From NCBI GenBank assembly GCA_018649885.1, contig JABIHA010000035.1, positions 62,001 through 91,199 of the forward strand: 29,199 bases of DNA, in the 5' to 3' direction. The translations under genes and the position numbers were made by a program. The notes beneath the pieces were generated by a model. It ran no database searches. It saw only the letters and a list, made by a program, of their open reading frames with translations, and was not told where the DNA came from. This DNA comes from Bacteriovoracaceae bacterium. Lineage in GTDB: Bacteria; Bdellovibrionota; Bacteriovoracia; Bacteriovoracales; Bacteriovoracaceae. This document shows, piece by piece, positions 25,931-29,199 of the stretch (position 1 is its first letter; each line of letters opens with the position of its first letter).

Positions 25931-27004
25931 GTGGATAGAGTAAGTAAGTATGTTGAAAAGGCTGATGGGGGGAAGATCAAATGCACCCTTTGCCCCCGCT
26001 ACTGCGCCCTCAGTGATGGGCAGAGAGGCCTATGCTTTGTACGGGGGAGGCGCGGCGATGATATTGTTCTCCACACTTACGGTCGATCAAGTGGTTTTTG
26101 TATCGATCCCATTGAAAAAAAACCTCTCAATCATTTTTTACCAGGAACGCCCACACTTTCATTTGGCACCGCCGGTTGCAATTTAACTTGTCAATTTTGC
26201 CAAAACTGGGACATTAGTAAATCAAAAGAAATGGATAGGTTGCAAAGCAGTGCAATGCCCGAAGATATTGTGGCCATGGCAAAGTCTACAGGTTGTCGCT
26301 CACTCGCCTACACCTACAATGATCCGATTATTTTTTTAGAATACGCTAAAGATGTAGCACTAGAGGCAAAGCGCTTTGACATAAAATCAGTGGCAGTGAC
26401 TGCTGGTTATATGACTCCAAAAGCAAGGGAGGAGTTTTTCTCTTTTATTGATGCTACCAATGTTGACTTGAAAGGATTCGATCCAAAGTTTTACCAAAAA
26501 ACTTGTGGGGCCGAGCTTGAGGTTGTTCTTGAAACTCTCTGCTACATTCATCACCACACCAATGTATGGCTGGAGCTCACCACCTTGTTGATTCCAGGAC
26601 AAAATGATTCTGAGGCTGAGCTGAACAAACTTTGTGGGTGGGTTGCTGAAAACTTAGGTCTTTTTACACCCATCCATTTTACTAGTTTTCACCCTGATTA
26701 TAAAATGACTCATCTTGAAAGCACTCCCACCTCAACACTTCTTAGGGCATATAGTATAGCAAAGAGTTATGGACTCAAATTTGTATACACAGGAAATGTT
26801 CACCACGAGAGTACCTCCAGCACATATTGTCACCATTGTGGGGAGTGCTTGATTGCAAGAGATTGGTTTAATCTGAAGTCTTGGAATCTAGTTGATTCCG
26901 GTAAGTGCAAATTTTGTGGAACTCAGTGCCCAGGAGTTTTTGAAGATGACTGCGGAAACTGGGGAGACAAAAGGCAACCTCTTGAGATAAGTAACTTATT
27001 CTAA
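25931..27004 (+). CDS. amrS: AmmeMemoRadiSam system radical SAM enzyme
   Basis: CTLCPRYC, DPIEKKPLNHF, GCNLTCQFCQNWDIS (CxxxCxxC), YTYNDP, and C-terminal CxxC pairs. Confidence 0.96.
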   Translation: MDRVSKYVEKADGGKIKCTLCPRYCALSDGQRGLCFVRGRRGDDIVLHTYGRSSGFCIDPIEKKPLNHFLPGTPTLSFGTAGCNLTCQFCQNWDISKSKEMDRLQSSAMPEDIVAMAKSTGCRSLAYTYNDPIIFLEYAKDVALEAKRFDIKSVAVTAGYMTPKAREEFFSFIDATNVDLKGFDPKFYQKTCGAELEVVLETLCYIHHHTNVWLELTTLLIPGQNDSEAELNKLCGWVAENLGLFTPIHFTSFHPDYKMTHLESTPTSTLLRAYSIAKSYGLKFVYTGNVHHESTSSTYCHHCGECLIARDWFNLKSWNLVDSGKCKFCGTQCPGVFEDDCGNWGDKRQPLEISNLF

Positions 27005-27120
27005 CTGTTTTTACAGGGACAAGCCTTGACGGTGTATATTTTGCTATTATCTTAGCTTGTCTGTGTGTGTTCATGCACATCTGATAAATAGCAAAAAATG
27101 AAGATTTGGGAGAAAAAAAG

Positions 27121-28047
27121 ATGAATAAGGCAGAACTTAAACAAAAACTAACTAAGCTGCAATATAAAGTGACGCAAGAAGATGGAACTGAAAAACCTTT
27201 TGATAATGAATATTGGGATAATAAGGAACAGGGAATCTATGTCGATATTGTCTCAGGAGAGCCACTTTTTAGCTCTAGCGACAAGTACCAATCTGGAACA
27301 GGCTGGCCTAGTTTTTACAATATTTTAGAAACAGAAAATATTGTTAAAAAAGAAGACCGCTCATTCTTTTTTAGAAAGCGGGTGGAAGTAAGATCTAAAA
27401 CTGCTAATTCTCATCTTGGCCACGTTTTCAGTGATGGGCCAGCTCCAACAGGGCTGCGCTATTGTATTAATTCAGCTTCCCTCAGATTTGTTAAAGTGGA
27501 TCAACTTGAAAGCGAAGGTTATGGAGAGTATAAAAAAATATTTGAAAAACCAGATTTAAATACTGAGCTTGCTACCTTTGGTGCTGGATGCTTTTGGGGG
27601 GTTGAAAGCTTATTTGAGGCAGTAGAAGGGGTTTCTTCTGTTGTTTCAGGATATATGGGCGGAAGTGATAGTAGTGCTAACTATCAAAGAGTCAGCTCTG
27701 GAGATACCTTGCATACTGAGGTTGTTCATATTGTATTTGATCCCAAGGTTGTGACTTATGAATATTTGATAAAGTATTTTTTTAGACTTCACGACCCAAC
27801 TCAAAACAATCGCCAAGGGCCAGATGAAGGGTTTCAGTATAGATCTGTGATATTTGCTCATAGCGAAGAACAAATGGCGACTGCCACTAGTGAAAAGCAG
27901 GTTTTTGATGATTCAAAAGTTTTTGATAAGGCCTCCGTGACAGCAATTGAAAAGGCCATGAAGTTTTATCCTGCCGAAGACTACCATCAAAATTTTTACC
28001 AAAATCATCCAGAGAAACAGGTTTGTCACATTCTTAGAGATAAGTGA
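27121..28047 (+). CDS. msrAB: Bifunctional methionine sulfoxide reductase MsrB-MsrA
   Basis: N-terminal MsrB ([24 protein letters not shown]) and C-terminal MsrA (GCFWGVE, YRSVIF, AEDYHQ). Confidence 0.95.
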   Translation: MNKAELKQKLTKLQYKVTQEDGTEKPFDNEYWDNKEQGIYVDIVSGEPLFSSSDKYQSGTGWPSFYNILETENIVKKEDRSFFFRKRVEVRSKTANSHLGHVFSDGPAPTGLRYCINSASLRFVKVDQLESEGYGEYKKIFEKPDLNTELATFGAGCFWGVESLFEAVEGVSSVVSGYMGGSDSSANYQRVSSGDTLHTEVVHIVFDPKVVTYEYLIKYFFRLHDPTQNNRQGPDEGFQYRSVIFAHSEEQMATATSEKQVFDDSKVFDKASVTAIEKAMKFYPAEDYHQNFYQNHPEKQVCHILRDK

Positions 28048-28109
28048 TTTTGAAAAGACCAACTTTTGAGACTTTATTGGTCGCAAAAGTTGGTTGTGGT
28101 TTTCAAAAT
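28047..28109. terminator. Long inverted repeat between convergent genes (likely bidirectional terminator)
   Basis: ACCAACTTTTG (28058-28068) pairs with CAAAAGTTGGT (28084-28094). Outer arms ATTTTGAAAA and TTTTCAAAAT. Confidence 0.7.
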
Positions 28110-28769
28110 TTAATTTCCAAGCAATTCATTCATAAATTTCTTATTTTTAAAAAATTTAGCGGCGAGGTAGTCGGCCAATTTTTTTCCAGCACGTATATCT
28201 GAGGGATAGTGAACCCCACCTAGCATTCGATTTTTTGCAATGGCATTGGCCCTTTTAAAAAACTTCTTGGCCCTTTTTGGAAATTTAAATGAAAGAGCGT
28301 AGGCCATGATTCTTGAAACACTTGCGTGTCCACTTGGAAAACTCTTTCCAGCAGGGCGTTTAACACATGGCTCAATTTCTTCAAATTTTACAAAAGGCCT
28401 AGGCCTTTTAAAATGGTTCTTTGCTTTCATGCTAGGAATGCCTGCCTTGAGAAAGTACTTTAAGAAAAATGGTCTCAGCTTTCTCACTTCTTTTTTTGTA
28501 AGTGGACCATCTTTACCTCCAAAAAAATTCTTTAAGCTTACCTTTTCTTCCTTGGAGGCCAACTCACATTCTTCATCTGTTCTGGTTACTTGATAGTTCA
28601 TCAATGTATTGTAGTCCTCTTGTTCTTCCACAGAGCTGTCTTCAGGAGGAGTCCCCAGTATTTTCACCCAATCATGACCAGGTTTTGCATGAGAGTTTTG
28701 CGCTGAAAAAACAGATAAAAAGAGTAGCCCAATAATAAAAGAGGACCTCGCCATTACTAATATGTTCAT
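28110..28769 (-). CDS. PAP2-family (class A) acid phosphatase, exported
   Basis: KNHFKRPRP, SFPSGH, RMLGGVHYPSD motifs. Signal peptide ending SHA. Start at ATG 28769 after an AAGGA RBS. Confidence 0.92.
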   Translation of the reverse strand: MNILVMARSSFIIGLLFLSVFSAQNSHAKPGHDWVKILGTPPEDSSVEEQEDYNTLMNYQVTRTDEECELASKEEKVSLKNFFGGKDGPLTKKEVRKLRPFFLKYFLKAGIPSMKAKNHFKRPRPFVKFEEIEPCVKRPAGKSFPSGHASVSRIMAYALSFKFPKRAKKFFKRANAIAKNRMLGGVHYPSDIRAGKKLADYLAAKFFKNKKFMNELLGN

Positions 28770-28805
28770 AAAAACATCCTTGTTCCTTAGTTTGGTATTA
28801 GGAAT

Positions 28806-28832
28806 TTTTCGGATGCAAGGCAAATGGCCTTA
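28806..28832 (-). promoter_or_regulatory. Sigma-28-like promoter
   Basis: Minus strand TAAG-N15-TCCGAAAA, 36 nt upstream of the PAP2 start. Confidence 0.5.
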
Positions 28833-29065
28833 ATTTGAAAGATGGTTTTCTCAGATAAATGAAATATTCAGAAAAGTTTTCCACCTTTTTGATTGCTGCC
28901 CCAGAAATTAGAGCTTGGTCTTAAACTTTTTTCCGATATAACTGACTATGGACATGTTTCACTGCTGGTGAAAATTAATAAATAATTAAGAGACTAGGGC
29001 CCTACAATCTTTGCCCTCTACTTTATACCTCGCCTCCCAAAACTTGATCTAGACTCTAAAGGTCC

Positions 29066-29111
29066 ATTCTCGACACATACTTTACATTTTATTCTCGATA
29101 CATGGTTTACA
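29066..29111 (+). repeat. Two 21-bp direct repeats (putative transposase binding sites)
   Basis: ATTCTCGACACATACTTTACA (29066-29086) and ATTCTCGATACATGGTTTACA (29091-29111). Confidence 0.75.
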
Positions 29112-29143
29112 CTTTTTAAGGTACTGCAAACAAAGGGGGTTGC

Positions 29144-29199
29144 ATGCCTTGGAAGGAATCTTCGGTTATGAATGAAAGAATGAAATTCGTTATGAGAGC
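29144..29199 (+). CDS. IS481-family transposase, N-terminal fragment (truncated by window end, not in ORF track)
   Basis: MPWKESSVMNERMKFVMR matches the MPWKE.SVM.ER..FV start typical of IS481 transposases. GGGGG RBS. Confidence 0.8.
   Translation, partial: MPWKESSVMNERMKFVMR

Larger units (their letters stand above)
29061..29199 (+). mobile_element. Left end of an IS481-family insertion sequence (runs off window)
   Basis: Tandem sub-terminal repeats followed by an ORF beginning MPWKE. Confidence 0.75.

Noticed and set aside
27121..28047. MsrB-before-MsrA order as a novelty
   Set aside because: B/A fusions in this order are already known.
223..28735. Antisense or nested ORFs in the track (e.g. 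223-453, 645-992, 4426-4656, 5441-5824, 9949-10374, 17185-17604, 25950-26186, 28306-28593)
   Set aside because: Shadows of well-supported genes with no recognisable motifs.

Overview
AT-rich bacterial chromosomal window. The gene families and recurrent sigma-28-like promoters suggest a predatory Bdellovibrionota-like organism (inference). Most of it is recognisable housekeeping or accessory content: a secreted metallopeptidase, a DUF2799 lipoprotein, a FAN1/VRR-NUC nuclease, MscS, an M35 peptidase, an ABC-2 exporter, GreB, a CHASE2 adenylate cyclase, a DUF4266-DUF3570-ApbE-TlpA flavinylation cluster, CobB, endonuclease I, a 2H phosphoesterase, the AmmeMemoRadiSam trio, MsrB/A, a PAP2 phosphatase and the left end of an IS481-family element. 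The most interesting signal is two divergent paralogous ~1.66 kb modules (about 4877-6554 on +, about 23417-25079 on -). Each has a 500-580 nt G/T-skewed non-coding leader, one ~290 aa gene (helical HxxExxRRRLF N-terminus plus C-terminal Zn-finger HNH nuclease) and a 210-260 nt trailer. The two share short non-coding motifs and each is bounded by a short direct repeat. One leader carries a 50-bp two-block repeat with variable segments, and one trailer is a run of hairpins. This is a candidate selfish or mobile HNH element, possibly RNA-associated, but mobility and RNA expression cannot be shown from this sequence alone. Several genes are broken by single-A shortfalls in homopolymers, most simply explained as long-read assembly errors.
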